From assembly GCA_963777605.1 (NCBI GenBank), contig CAVZRV010000027.1:160001-224000 (forward strand): DNA of 64,000 nt, given 5' to 3'. The notes under the pieces were generated by a model. That model was given only the letters and a program-made list of their open reading frames with translations. It was not told where the DNA came from and did not search any database. This document shows positions 1-11,800 of this stretch, piece after piece; within the stretch, counting starts at the first letter, position 1, and the number at the start of each line of letters is the position of its first letter. The position numbers and the translations under genes are program-made. Origin of the DNA: an uncultured Acidobacteriota bacterium. Lineage in GTDB: Bacteria > Acidobacteriota > UBA6911 > RPQK01 > JAPXNP01.

Positions 1-1023
1 GGGCTGGCCGCGGGGTCGGCGCTTTCGCTCGGCCGCACTGCAATCTCCCGCAACCTGAACCCGGCGTCACCGGATGGCCGGTCAAGAATTGCACTGACAT
101 GCGGCGAGGATCGAGCCGACAACATCCGGAGGGCCCTCCTTCCATTCCGAGAAGCGCTGCCCCGCGCCATTGGAAACCGGCGCGTTATTCTCAAGCCCAA
201 CAACGTCATCACCGATAATCAACTCGCGGCGACTCACGCCCAATGTCTCGAGGGAACTCTGGAGTTTCTGAAGGAAATCGGTGTAGACAACGTCGTAATT
301 GCTGAATCCGCCGCCAACGGCCCCACGATGGACGGCTTCGAAAACTACGGTTACGTTGACCTTTCGAAGCGATACCAGGTCCCCCTGCTCGACCTGGACC
401 GCGAGGGTTTCGACCTGGTTCACGTTTTCGATCAGACCGATTTCAGGCCGCGAGCGGTCCGAATGTCGTCCCTGCTTCTGAACCGGCGAGAGAACTTTGT
501 TATCTCAGTCGCAAAGTTCAAGAGCCACGATCGGGTGGTAGCGACACTGTCTCTCAAGAACATCGTTTTCGGCGCCCCCATTAAGGACGAGGGCTTTTCC
601 TGGGGATCATCCCGCAAATCGGGGGCCAAGTCGGACAAGCACATCGCTCACGGAAGCGGGTTCCGGGCCATCAATTACAACCTGTTTGCCCTGGCCGATC
701 GTCTCCATCCCTCCTTCGCTGTCATTGACGGCTATCGCGGGATGGAAGGAGACGGGCCGAATTACGGGACGCCGGTCGAACACCGGGTCGCCCTGGCCGG
801 TTTCGATTGGCTGGCCGCCGACCGGGTGGCAGTGGAACTGATGGGAATCGACTTTTCCAAGGTCGGGTACCTCAATTTCTGCGCCGAGGCGGGAATGGGG
901 GAGGGCGACCTCAACCGGATTGAGGTCGTCGGCGAACGGGTCTCTGATCACGTCCGGAACTACAAGCTCAACAAGAATATCGAGAAGCAACTGATCTGGA
1001 TGAAGCCCGCAGAAGTCGTTTGA
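1..1023 (+). CDS. DUF362 domain-containing protein (5'-partial)
   Basis: Frame 1 is open from base 1 (GLAAGS...RVILKPNNV...ATH...IAES) into the listed ORF 328..1023. LKPN, K(S)H..TLSLKN and IDG..GMEGDGP motifs are typical of DUF362. Confidence 0.8.
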   Translation, partial: GLAAGSALSLGRTAISRNLNPASPDGRSRIALTCGEDRADNIRRALLPFREALPRAIGNRRVILKPNNVITDNQLAATHAQCLEGTLEFLKEIGVDNVVIAESAANGPTMDGFENYGYVDLSKRYQVPLLDLDREGFDLVHVFDQTDFRPRAVRMSSLLLNRRENFVISVAKFKSHDRVVATLSLKNIVFGAPIKDEGFSWGSSRKSGAKSDKHIAHGSGFRAINYNLFALADRLHPSFAVIDGYRGMEGDGPNYGTPVEHRVALAGFDWLAADRVAVELMGIDFSKVGYLNFCAEAGMGEGDLNRIEVVGERVSDHVRNYKLNKNIEKQLIWMKPAEVV

Positions 1024-1279
1024 CCCCAAGCCACACCCGGCACCAGGATCCGGCCCCGAACGACCCGTGTGTCACTCATGAGAAGTTGAGTCGTACCTCC
1101 TCGCCCGGCGTCACGTGACTCAAATCCGAATTGACCCCAATGCGGCGTTCGTCGATTCTTGGCCTTCGGAACAGATTTGATATCCTGCAATGAGGAGACC
1201 GGTCGCGTCGCCTGGGTGCGGTTTGCTGTCTCTGGATGGCTAAACTGTTCACTCGCTAGTCCAAACCCAAGATGAGATT

Positions 1280-4200
1280 GTGATTACTAAGCTACCCCTG
1301 TTGTTCTCGTTGTTCGTCGCCATTGCCGCACCCAACGCACTTAGCCAATCGAACGAGCGGGCGGATCCATCCGATTCAGTGACGGAAGAAGATCTCGCCA
1401 TTCTTAATGAATCTCCGTGGGCCCGACAACAGACCGTAACCCGGGTCGTTCCGGGCATTGGGAGTGGTGAATACGGAGAAAAAGAGATTTTCAGCCGGTA
1501 TTATGTCCGCGTTCTGACGGCAAGACCGATCCGCGAAGCCTATGAACGAATTCGTCAGGCGATTGAGGGAGTCAATCGATCGGGAAACGCGCCCGATTCA
1601 GGCCAGGCCGGGAGCGATGATTTCCTCGCCTCAAAGCAAAGCATTGTGATTGCGGTTGCGTTCCGCTCTAATCAGCCCGACCTTGAAAGTGAAGTGACGA
1701 ACACGCTTCGAACCCAGACACTGGACACGCTAAAAAGCCGCGCGTTCCTGTCTACCCAGCGGTTTCCGCAACTCGAACTGATCGAGTACTACCCACCCCG
1801 GGAACCGGCGGTCGGTGCACAGTTTGTCTTTCCGAAATACATCAACGGTCGAGAGGTCATCGGAGACCAGGATCGTTCGTTTGCCTTTGAATTGGACCTG
1901 CCGGGTCACGCTCCCAGGTTACGGGTCACCTTCCCCGTCTCACCGGAAACTCTGGGTGGGACCCAGTCGACGGAGAAGATACAACCCGAGGAAGTACCCG
2001 TGACCGAAGAGTTTCGGATCCTGCCCCAGTCTTCTGAGACAGCCCTCAACCTGGAGTCCGGAAGGTTTGCAGGGATTGTCAACCGGTTTCCGCTTCAGCA
2101 GCGTGGGCGACCCATTCACGGTTCGATTTACGAATACCACCGCAACGATAATTTCGACGCCCGCAATTTCTTTGACCCGGTCGGGGAAGCGCTTCCCGAG
2201 TACAAACGGAACCAGTTCGGAGGAAGTATTCAGGTGGAACTTGGTCCCCGGATCAACCTGTTTGGTTCTTATGATGGCCTGCGAATCAACCAGGGATCCA
2301 CGCTACTTTCGCACCTACCTTCTTTGCCGATGCGCAACGGTGACTTTAGCGAACTCCTCGACCTCGACAACTCCAATCCAGTTGGTTGATCCGGACACTG
2401 GGACGCCCCTTTGAGAACAATCAAATTCCCGCCGATCGCGTCAGTCCAGTGGCCCTCAAATTACTGCCGCTCATACCCAGTCCGAATCGCTCGGACCCCA
2501 TCCGCAATTACGTCAACAGCCAACCGCTGGTTGAAAACCGGGACGAGATTGTGCTCCGTGGAGATGTTGGATTTAAAGACTCGAGCCAACTTTCCACCCG
2601 CTTCCTGATGGTTCAGGGTGACGGAGTCGATGTTCGCCCCCTCCCGGAATTTGGGGTCCGCGAGATCCGGAATCGATACGAAGCCTCGGTCGGCTACACC
2701 CGAACTTTCGGGGAGCAGACGGTCACCACGTGGCGGGTGGAGTTCGAGCGTGATGAAGACCTCAGCGAAGCGCAGATTGCTCGTCAGGCGGGATTGTTGA
2801 AATCCCTCGGCATTGACGGAGTGGGCATCAGTGGTGAAGAAGACGAAGGCTACCCATCGTTTCAACTTTCAGGATACGAAGATTTTGGGGATGAAGGGTT
2901 ACCTTCTCACGAAGTCGAAAACAGCCTTTCCCTCGAGGGAGGAGCCACCTTCTCTCGCGGCGACCATCTGATCCGGCTGGAGGCCGATCTTGGGTTTCGG
3001 CAATTGAATGACAGTCGGTCTCCCAGTCTCGAGCGGGGTGCCTTCGACTTGAGTGGCGTCTTCAGCGGGGACTCCTTCGCCGATTTGCTCCTTGGCAGGA
3101 CGGAAACTGCAACTCGGGCACTTGGATCATCCAGGCAGGACCTTCGGCGGACCAGCCTGCAATTGGGAGTTCGAGACGAGTGGCGACTGCATCCCCGGTT
3201 TTCGATTACCAGCGGTTTGGAATGGAGCTACTTCGGGCCCTACCGATCCATTCGAAACAATGTTTCGGTCTTCCGCCCACTGCTGTTTGAACCACCAACC
3301 GATGGTGGCTTGGTCGATCTGGCGAAACCAAATCAAAAAGGTGGCATCAGCGCTGTTCAGCCCGACTGGAATAACTTTGCCCCTCGCCTGGGGATTGCTT
3401 ACCGTCCCTTGGGAAACAGCCGCCTGGTCTTCAGGGCATCCTACTCGATTTCCCACGATCCCTTACCCTCCTGGCTGTTCGAGAACTACATGGGCCGGAA
3501 TTACCCGTACTATTACATCCAGAATTCGCAAGCCTCCGCTGGAAGTGGGGGCCTGGAACTCGGTTCTCCTTTCGATACCGATGTCGCCACCGAGCTCTCG
3601 ATACAGGATATTTCCCCCCATATTGGGACTCCTTACGCCCAAGCCTGGACCTTGGCAGTTGAGAACGAATTCACCGACCAGTGGAGCCTGGACGTCAGCT
3701 TGCGCTCCCATCACAGTTTCCACGAATTTCGATTCTTACCCTCAAATGTGCCCCTTCCGGGCCCGGGCCCGATCCAGCCTCGACGTCCGAATTCGGATTT
3801 TGGTGAATTCACGATTGTCACCGGAGGAGGTTCCAACCGCTTTTATGAAGCACAAGTGGATCTCGTCCGTCGATTCTCCAGGGGCTTTACCTTCAGCTCG
3901 ACCCTGGAAATCAGGCGCAGGTTCGATGATGATTTTGACGAGGCGCCGTCCGACCCGAGAGACCTCGCCGCGGAGTGGGCTCCGAGCGAAGGATTCCCCT
4001 CCAAGCGATTCCGATTCAACTTCATCGTGGACCTTCCATTCGGGACCGGAAAGGCACTCGGTGGGATTCCCCTGGTTGACGCTCTCCTGGGCGGTGTGCG
4101 GTTTTCTGGAATCGGCCGGATTTACAGTGGCACTCCATTCACCGTTCTCTTGCCGGGAGATCACAACAACGACGGAGTCTTTGCTGACCGCCCAAATCGG

Positions 4201-4530
4201 GTGGCTTCCGGGTCGCTCGATGGTGGAAGTCGTTCTATCGATCAATGGTTCGACACCTCCGCTTTTGTTCGTCCGGGTGAATATGAGTTCGGAAATGCCG
4301 GGAGAAACATTTTGGTTGGCCCTCCATTCCACAACTGGGACCTCAACCTCGTCAAAGATTTCCTGTTCTCAAACAGTCACAGGCTCCAACTACGCATCGC
4401 CTTGTTTAACGCTCTCAATCACGCCAACTTTGATCATCCCGGCAATGTTTTCGGCACCCGCCCCTTCGGAGTGATCACTGCAGCAGAGCGAGCGCGAGAG
4501 ATCGAGATCGCTCTGAAATACATGTTCTAG
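1280..4530 (+). CDS. Oar-like TonB-dependent receptor with atypical N-terminal domain, split by two frameshifts near 2365-2412
   Basis: Signal peptide, then HGSIYEYHRNDNFDARNFF..YKRNQFGG, DWNNFAPRLGIAY, FGNAGRNILVGP, FNALNH.NF and a C-terminal ALKYMF. The reading passes from frame 1280 (GDFSELL) through frame 2067 (IQLVDPDTGTP) to frame 2386 (FENNQIP). Confidence 0.8.
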
Positions 4531-4798
4531 TAGATCGCTTCCGGCTCCCCCGTAGCCATATGGCTTCGCCTCATGATGTGCCTGCTCCAAATCGACAAAT
4601 CCGCTCGTCAGCCTGGAGACGGCGATGCCGACCTTCGACGCAGTAGAGTTCCGGGAGAGCCTGAAAATCCGGATTAACTCTATTAATTTCAGTATTTTGA
4701 TCGACTTCTACCGAGTATCCCGACATCTCCTGTGAGAGGCAAGCTCCAATAAAGTTGACAAATTCGTACTCAGGGTTTCGCTTTTTACGTTCATGATC

Positions 4799-4828
4799 TT
4801 GACTTTACATATGATTCCAGAGTATTCT
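4799..4828 (+). promoter_or_regulatory. Candidate sigma70 promoter for the RRM gene
   Basis: TTGACT-N18-TATTCT in an AT-rich intergenic region. A TTGACA also lies near 4755. Confidence 0.3.
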
Positions 4829-5029
4829 CCCGGCACTTGGTGGGCGGGGGGCTGACCTGCCAGGTCGCGTGTAGAGTTCGAAACGGCCCTGTTTTTTTTG
4901 TGTCATCCTGTGAAAAACACCCGAATTTCCGGCCTGTTCGTGGTAAGAACCTTCATTCCTTCCATGTCCCGCCTCTCGTGTGTTCAGTCACTTGGTTGAC
5001 GTTTCCGTATCTATTCTTCGGAGGAGAGC

Positions 5030-5353
5030 ATGTCAGGTAAGAAGATTTATGTTGGTGGACTCCCTTATTCCGTCTCGGACGGCCAGCTCGAGGAGTTGTT
5101 TTCCGCCCACGGGACGGTCGAGTCTGCCCGAGTCATCACTGATCGCATGACCGGTCGGTCGAAGGGCTTCGGATTCGTGGAAATGGCTTCGGAATCCGAA
5201 GCCGAGGCAGCCATCAACACTCTTAACGGGACACAGCTGGGTGGACGGACCTTGACGGTCAACGAAGCACGGCCTCGTGAAAACCGCGGCGGCTTTGGCG
5301 GCGGCGGCGGTGGCGGCCGTGGTCCGGGCGGCGGCGGAAGGGATCGCTGGTAA
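5030..5353 (+). CDS. RRM (RNP-1) RNA-binding protein with Gly-rich tail
   Basis: RNP2 IYVGGL, RNP1 KGFGFVEM, LTVNEARPRE and a poly-Gly tail. GGAG RBS. Confidence 0.95.
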   Translation: MSGKKIYVGGLPYSVSDGQLEELFSAHGTVESARVITDRMTGRSKGFGFVEMASESEAEAAINTLNGTQLGGRTLTVNEARPRENRGGFGGGGGGGRGPGGGGRDRW

Positions 5354-5387
5354 CAGCGGTCCTCGGTTCATTTACTGACCGAATTAT

Positions 5388-5433
5388 GGGGGCGGACAAT
5401 TGCCGGCGGTTTTGTGCGCCCCCGTTTCCCTTT
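5388..5433 (+). terminator. Probable intrinsic terminator between convergent genes
   Basis: GGGGGCG.ACAA / TTGT.CGCCCCC stem followed by a pyrimidine run. Confidence 0.5.
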
Positions 5434-5485
5434 CCTGTTGCCTGGACAGGTTGCTGTTTCCGGAGTATCTCTCGCGTGGCGTCCT

Positions 5486-6493
5486 TCAATCGTCGGCTGT
5501 TCGTCCGAGTTGTGCCGATGTCTGGGCAATAAGGTCTCCTTCTTCCGGTGACAGCAGGAAGTTCATTGCCCCGGAGCTCTCGACGGCATGGCCAGGTTTG
5601 GTTGCACCGGGAATTGCGACCACGGTTGGACCGTGGAAGTGGATCAGCCAGTTAAGGGCAACCTGAGAGGCCGTTACTCCCCGCTCGCTCGCGATTCGTT
5701 CCAGCGTGTCGATTAAGCCACGGCTCTTCTGCACCAGGCGCTTGAGCCGCCAGCGCCGGACGAAGGGCCGCTTGTTGAGAAGTTCAGGGTCCTGGTGGAA
5801 CTTCCCTGACAGAAGCCCCATCTCCAGCGGCGAGTACGCAATGATCGTGATCCCGAGTTGCTTTGCCTTCGCCAGGATTCCATTGGCCTCGATGCGCCGA
5901 TCGAGCAGGCTGTACTTGACCTGATTTGTAGCCAGCTTCAGGCCACGCTTCTCAAGTGCCCGGTGGGCTCGCTCCATTTGACTCGACGAGAAATTGCTGA
6001 CGCCAACCGCCCGGATTTTTCCCGCTTCAACAAGGTCGGCCATGGCGTTCATTTCCGCCTCGACGGTGGCGAAAGAGAGCGGAAAATGAACCTGGTGAAG
6101 ATCGACCGCAAACGGTGCGAGGGCTTCGGCACGTTTCGCAAAAGTCGCCTTGATTGACCCGGCTCCCCGGAACAAGGGGCACCACTTGTTCGCAACCACC
6201 ACCTCCCCGTTTTGAACTCCCGCGCGAACCAGGGCTCTCGACAACCCGCGCTCCGACCGCCCGAATCCATACAATTCGGCGGTATCAAACCAGTTGATGC
6301 CTCCCTGCAGAGCGGCTGCGACAATCTGGTCGGTCGCCTGCTCGGTGAGTGGATCCCAGGTTCCCCTTGCTCCACCCTTCCCCTCGGAGAACTGCCAGGC
6401 GCCGAGGCCTATGGGGGTGACCTCAACACCGCTGGCCCCGAGGGTTCGAAGTTTCGAATCTCCAACGACAGGACGTTCGTTTTCTTCATTCAT
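5486..6493 (-). CDS. Aldo/keto reductase
   Basis: IGLGAW, FDTAELYG, VGVSNF, NQVKYSLL, IAYSPL and AIPGA motifs. Start taken at MNEE. Confidence 0.92.
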   Translation of the reverse strand: MNEENERPVVGDSKLRTLGASGVEVTPIGLGAWQFSEGKGGARGTWDPLTEQATDQIVAAALQGGINWFDTAELYGFGRSERGLSRALVRAGVQNGEVVVANKWCPLFRGAGSIKATFAKRAEALAPFAVDLHQVHFPLSFATVEAEMNAMADLVEAGKIRAVGVSNFSSSQMERAHRALEKRGLKLATNQVKYSLLDRRIEANGILAKAKQLGITIIAYSPLEMGLLSGKFHQDPELLNKRPFVRRWRLKRLVQKSRGLIDTLERIASERGVTASQVALNWLIHFHGPTVVAIPGATKPGHAVESSGAMNFLLSPEEGDLIAQTSAQLGRTADD

Positions 6494-6555
6494 GGCATTC
6501 CTAACAAACCCTCGCACCCTGCACACTGCAACTCAAGGGCTGTGGTACTCCAGGG

Positions 6556-8664
6556 TCAGTAACGAGCGCTCCAGTTCACCGTCGCGTCGCCGGCGGATCT
6601 CAACGTGATCGTTCGGATGGCCCCGTTGCGCTGATTGCTGACCAATTCGGCGCCTTTCAGGTCGAATCCTTTCAGCTCGAACTCCACTGGTTCGAAGAGG
6701 GTGAGAACATAGTCATCATTCCCCACCAGGCGACTTGTCCCCTGCAGGTTGCGCTCCGTCCAGGAAAGCGAGTCCAAGTCGGGCCCGCCGCAGGTGATGT
6801 GCCTGCTGGTGGCCAGTAACTGCGGGCGATCGAGTCTCTTCCGGATACAGAACACCTGGCAGTTGAATCGCGGATCGATTTCGCCGGGGTCAAAGGAATC
6901 GACGAAACTGCCGATGAACGTCCGGTTCCAGAACTCGTAGACGAGGAATTCGGCGGAAGGGTCCAACCCCAGGTCGGCAAAAGAGATCCGCTGGGTCTTA
7001 CCGCCGGTTCTTCCCAGGATCGTCCAGTTTTCGAAGTCCCGGTTCATTTCCAGAAGGTAGAGATAGGCGAGCGGGGTCAGGCTGGCGTCAAACGGTCGAT
7101 GGTTCGATCCGCTGACTTCCGCGTTTACCTGGCCCAACCGCTCAATCCGGGAGGGGTCGACTTCGTAAATCTGGCCGGGCAGGGTAAACAGGACCGGCAC
7201 GGTCCTCCGGGCCGGTTCGACAACGTCGCTGAGGTAGACCTCGGGCTTGTCCGTCAGCATGTACAGCGACCCGGTCAGGGACGTGACGGTGGTCGATCGG
7301 TAGGCCTCTTCCCGGCTCAATTCGATGTGGTCGGGGTCATTCTGCCAAACCACGTTATTGAAGGAGTTGTACTGGGCGAGACCGGCGTAGGAAAAGCCGT
7401 CCCCACCGATCCGGCAGGCATCAATCAACCCGATCAACTCGGGGCGGATTCCCCAGCAGGCCATCAGGGGATAGTCGTTCGAAATTTCACCCCGGACGGC
7501 TGCAACGACGTCACGGAAGGCATCAGCCGGCTGAACGCCCTTGCCCTCGAAGTAATCGCGATGGCGGTTGTACCCCTCGTAGCGCAAGTGCCGCAGTGCA
7601 TCGAGTTTGAAGTATTCCCAACCCTGGTCGCGAAGACCCCGGTAAAGGGGACGGATCATCACGTCGAGCGCCCTGGGATTGGAACCGTCGATGATGTTTC
7701 CAACCCAGGGCTCTTCCGGAATGCTGCCGTCCGGATTCTTGACAAAGTACCTGGCATGGCTCTTGAGAGCGTCGGGTTGATGGAACGCGACATTCGTCCA
7801 TATGCCGGGAATCAACCCCTTGTTCTTGATGTACTGTGCCAGGGCCCTGAGTCCGGACGGGAACTTGCTGTTTGGCTCGAGCCACATCTCCGGAAGACCG
7901 GTTGCCCGCTGGTAACCGTCGTCCATCTGAATGTAGCGATATCCGTAGGGCCGGAGACGCTCGGAGATGATGTCCGCGGTATGCTTGATGTCGTCTTCAG
8001 TGACCCCGTTCCAGAATGCGAACCAGGAGCACCACCCCACGATCGGATCCCTTCGCACCTGGTAGTTCCAGGGCTCGAAGCGACTGAGTCCCTTGTGCAC
8101 GCGGTAGAAGGCCGGGCGAAATCGCAAAACGATTTCGGGTCCCGAAACATTGAACTCAAAGCTCCGTCCCGGGTCGCCGGTCTTGATTGGCTTCACCACG
8201 GCCTTCGGGTTGATATCGACCGAGAAAACCCAGTCGCGGTCGCGATCGTAAACCGCCCGGTTGCGCAGGCTGAAACTCATACCGAAAACATGTCGGACGA
8301 TCAGCGGGCCGGACGTCGGTCGATCGACTTCGCAGGAGAACGCACCCGAACCGGCGGATACGGTTCCAGAAAGTTCAAGCGGCGCAGCGAACCCGGGGTC
8401 GTTGAAGGTGAGGGCCTGGTTGACTTTGTCACCTTCTCGCACCGCAACGGTACGAAACTGGACAGCACGTCCCGAAGAAGATTTCACGGTACCCTGGAAG
8501 AGCAACCTTCCATCGTAGTGAATCGCAAGCTTCGTGCCGTCGAACACGACCTGGGCAGGCTCGTTGGGTGGGGCCTGCTGGGCGGAAAGGCCGCTTCCAA
8601 GGACGATCAGCACGAGCCAGAACAGCAGCATCGATCCGGATTTAAGGCGGGTTTCTGGTCCCAT
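6556..8664 (-). CDS. Secreted alpha-galactosidase-like glycoside hydrolase (clan GH-D, GH27/GH36-like)
   Basis: GWCSW, IQMDDGYQ, KFPSGL, YFKLD, CRIGGD and NDPD motifs. Hydrophobic signal peptide; exact start uncertain. Confidence 0.75.
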   Translation of the reverse strand: MGPETRLKSGSMLLFWLVLIVLGSGLSAQQAPPNEPAQVVFDGTKLAIHYDGRLLFQGTVKSSSGRAVQFRTVAVREGDKVNQALTFNDPGFAAPLELSGTVSAGSGAFSCEVDRPTSGPLIVRHVFGMSFSLRNRAVYDRDRDWVFSVDINPKAVVKPIKTGDPGRSFEFNVSGPEIVLRFRPAFYRVHKGLSRFEPWNYQVRRDPIVGWCSWFAFWNGVTEDDIKHTADIISERLRPYGYRYIQMDDGYQRATGLPEMWLEPNSKFPSGLRALAQYIKNKGLIPGIWTNVAFHQPDALKSHARYFVKNPDGSIPEEPWVGNIIDGSNPRALDVMIRPLYRGLRDQGWEYFKLDALRHLRYEGYNRHRDYFEGKGVQPADAFRDVVAAVRGEISNDYPLMACWGIRPELIGLIDACRIGGDGFSYAGLAQYNSFNNVVWQNDPDHIELSREEAYRSTTVTSLTGSLYMLTDKPEVYLSDVVEPARRTVPVLFTLPGQIYEVDPSRIERLGQVNAEVSGSNHRPFDASLTPLAYLYLLEMNRDFENWTILGRTGGKTQRISFADLGLDPSAEFLVYEFWNRTFIGSFVDSFDPGEIDPRFNCQVFCIRKRLDRPQLLATSRHITCGGPDLDSLSWTERNLQGTSRLVGNDDYVLTLFEPVEFELKGFDLKGAELVSNQRNGAIRTITLRSAGDATVNWSARY

Positions 8665-8852
8665 AATCCACAAGTTCCCATTACCCTGCAGCCAGGTCAA
8701 GTCGCGCAAGCAGACCGCCTCAGAAAGCACTCCAGAACAGGACTCGTTTCCAAGTCCGGGATTAATGTAAAATACAAAAACCATATTTCTCTTTGCGTCA
8801 ATCGGGAGCCGGGAAGACGCCGCACGATTCTTGGGGGAAGGGCAAGACAACT

Positions 8853-11800
8853 GTGACCGGTAGGAAGATCGCTCACTACGAGATCCTCGAAGAGATCGGC
8901 AGTGGAGGCATGGCGGTCGTTTACAAGGCGCAAGACCTGCGGCTGGGACGAGTGGTTGCGCTCAAGGTCCTCAACGAGCGATTCCGACGGGATCTCCCAT
9001 CCCTGCGCCGTTTTCGACGAGAAGCCCAACTGACCTCCACACTCAGCCATCCCGGGATCTGCACGATCTTCGACATTGAGCACAGTGACGAGAACACGTT
9101 TCTCGTCATGGAGTACCTGAACGGAGCCACTCTTCGTCAACGATTGCACTCCGGGCCGGTCTCCTCTGATGAAGCGCTCTCTATTCTCGATCAGGTCCTC
9201 GATGCTCTTTCCGAGGCTCACGAGCATGGAGTGGTGCACCGGGACATCAAGCCTGAAAATGTCTTCCTGTTGCCTGACGGACGAGTGAAGGTGCTCGACT
9301 TTGGTTTGGCCAAGCCCACCGTTGAGGGTGGGGCAAACGCCGACCAGACCTACCTGACGACTCCCGGCACCGTCGCGGGTACGATCGCCTACATGTCACC
9401 GGAGCAGGTACGAGGTGATCCGATAGAGGCCGCCAGCGACATCTATTCTGTCGGACTGGTCGCCTACGAGATGATGACCGGCGTTCTGCCGACCCGGCGC
9501 CGCACTACCGCGCTCACCTTCTCGGCAATCCTGGCAGAAGCACCGCCACCTCCTTCTGCGGTGAATCACAAATCCCCGGCAGCTTTTGACCGCATCATCC
9601 TCAAGACCCTGCGCAAGAACCCTTTGCTTCGTTACCGGTCGGCGAGTGAAATGCTCGTCGAACTTCGGGAATCGGTCAATCGCAGTTCTCCCCTCATGCC
9701 GAGCAGAAGCATCCCTTCTATCGAATCCTCTTCAAGCGATGTGGCCGCGGTCTCCAAGACCGGAATTCAGGAACCGGATCGACTCAGGAACTCCGCCCCT
9801 GGACTGCCCGTCCGGCCCATCGGAAGAGAGCCCGAATGTCTCCAGATCCAGTCCTTGATGGAGAAAGCGCGCGCCGGGACGGGCAATGTCCTGCTGATCG
9901 ACGGAGAGCCGGGAATCGGAAAGTCCCACCTTCTCGACTTCGCGTTGGCCGAGGCGGAAACGCGGGGCTGCGCCGTTCTGTCCGGCCGATGCTCAGAACT
10001 TCAGGCAGCGCCCCCATTCTTTCCGTTCGTCGAGATGATCGAAAACGTCGCCCGGGCTGCTGATCCGGATACTCTGCCTCAGCTCCTCGGCGAGGGGGCA
10101 CCCGAACTGGCAAAACTGACTCCCCGGCTGCGCCAACTGATCCCCGGCATTCCACCTCCGATGGACCTTCCTCCCGGCCAGGACCGCTACTTGATCTTCA
10201 GCTCGCTGCTGGATTTTCTCGCCCGAGCCGCCGGCGATCGAACTCTGGTCGTGGGAATCGAGGATCTCCACTGGGCCGACGAAGCTACCACCAATTTCCT
10301 CCAGTTCCTTTCCCGGCACCTGCGAGGGCGCCCGGTTCTCCTGGTTGGGACACTCCGCCAACAGGGGTTCGATCCCTCGGCCCCTCTGGCAGAAGCCTAC
10401 CGCGTGTTGGTCCGGGATCGCCTTGTGACCCGCATGTCCCTGCGGCCTCTTTCCAGGGATAGTGTCGGAACGATGTTGGCCCGTCTTTCCTGCGTTCCAC
10501 CCCCACCCAGGGTCATCGACTCGGTGTTCGAAGTTACCGAAGGAACGCCGCTCTACGTTGAGGAACTCTACTACGACCTTCTCGCGGATCACCGGGCCCT
10601 CGATGAAGACGGCAACTGGAAACACAGCCTGGAGATTGGTGAGTTCCGCGTGCCGGAGGGCATTCGCGTAATCCTCAATCGCAGGCAGACTCGACTGAGT
10701 GACCCCGCGCTGAAAATTCTCCAACTCGGTGCGGTGATGGGCCGTCGGTTCTCACTGGGAGCAATTGCGGCCTGTACAGAGTTTCCCCGGGCAAAGGTCC
10801 TGGAGGCCATGGAAGAAGGTGAACGCCTCCAGCAGATTCGAAGCAGCAGTGACAGTGGAGACCTGCAGTTCGCGTTCTGGCACGAACTGATTCGTCGGAC
10901 CCTGCTGGAATCCGTCTCCCACACTCGCCGACTCCAACTTCACTTGAAGTTAGCCGATTACCTGCAGTCCAATCCCCAGGCGGAAGGTGACGGATGTGCC
11001 CAGATCGCCCACCATCTCGTCGGGGCGGGCGCCCTGGCGGACCCGGATCGAACCCGCCAGGTACTGGTCGAAGCCGCTGATGCTGCGCTCCGCAAAACCG
11101 CGTTTGAAGACGCCATCCGATTCTGTGGCCAAGCCCTGAAGTGTGGCAAACCCACGGCGGGCCAGCAGGGGGAGATTCTGTATCGCAAGGGCCTCGCCCA
11201 GACCGGCCTCAATGACTGGCGGGCCGCGCGCGAGTCATGGCTGCTGGCTCTCGACCTCCTTTCCGACCAGGGTTCCAAGGAAACCGCCGGCAGGATCTGT
11301 GCAACCCTCGCTTCACAGGCGATCTGGACGGGACGGCTGGATGAGTGCTACTCGATCAGCAGCCGGGGGCTCGCAATTGTCGAAGAAGAGCCGAGCCCGA
11401 TCCGGAGCCGTCTGCTGGCCTGGGCTGGTCACGCTCTGAGCCAGGGCGGAAATCTCCAGCAAGGGTCCGCGCTTACCGATCAGGCCGTGGCCATGGCCCG
11501 GTCGGTAGACGACATCCGAACATTCGGCCACGTCATGACCCATCGATCCTGCGAGTACTTTTACTCCATGAGGGGGCGGGAAGAGGTGGAGACGGGATTC
11601 GAAGCAATCGAACGTCTCGCCGACGTCCCCTGGGATCGCGCCGAGGCCCTGGCGATCGTACAGATCGGCCTGCTCGGCTGTGGCCGTCTCGACGACTGCC
11701 GCCGAATCGGCCAGGAAGCCATCCGCCTCGCGACCCGGATCGGCCACCTGGGGGGCCTTTGGATGACACAGCGGATGCAGGGTCTCTGCGATCTCCTGGA

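Noticed and set aside
4846-4900. GGGGCTGA start resembling tmRNA or tRNA
   Set aside because: No matching acceptor-stem 3' end, T-arm or tag ORF.
7099-8856. Long antisense or alternate-frame ORFs (also 3053-4474, 14851-16137, 26538-27902, 56042-57088)
   Set aside because: Shadow ORFs of well-supported genes in GC-rich DNA; no recognisable motifs.
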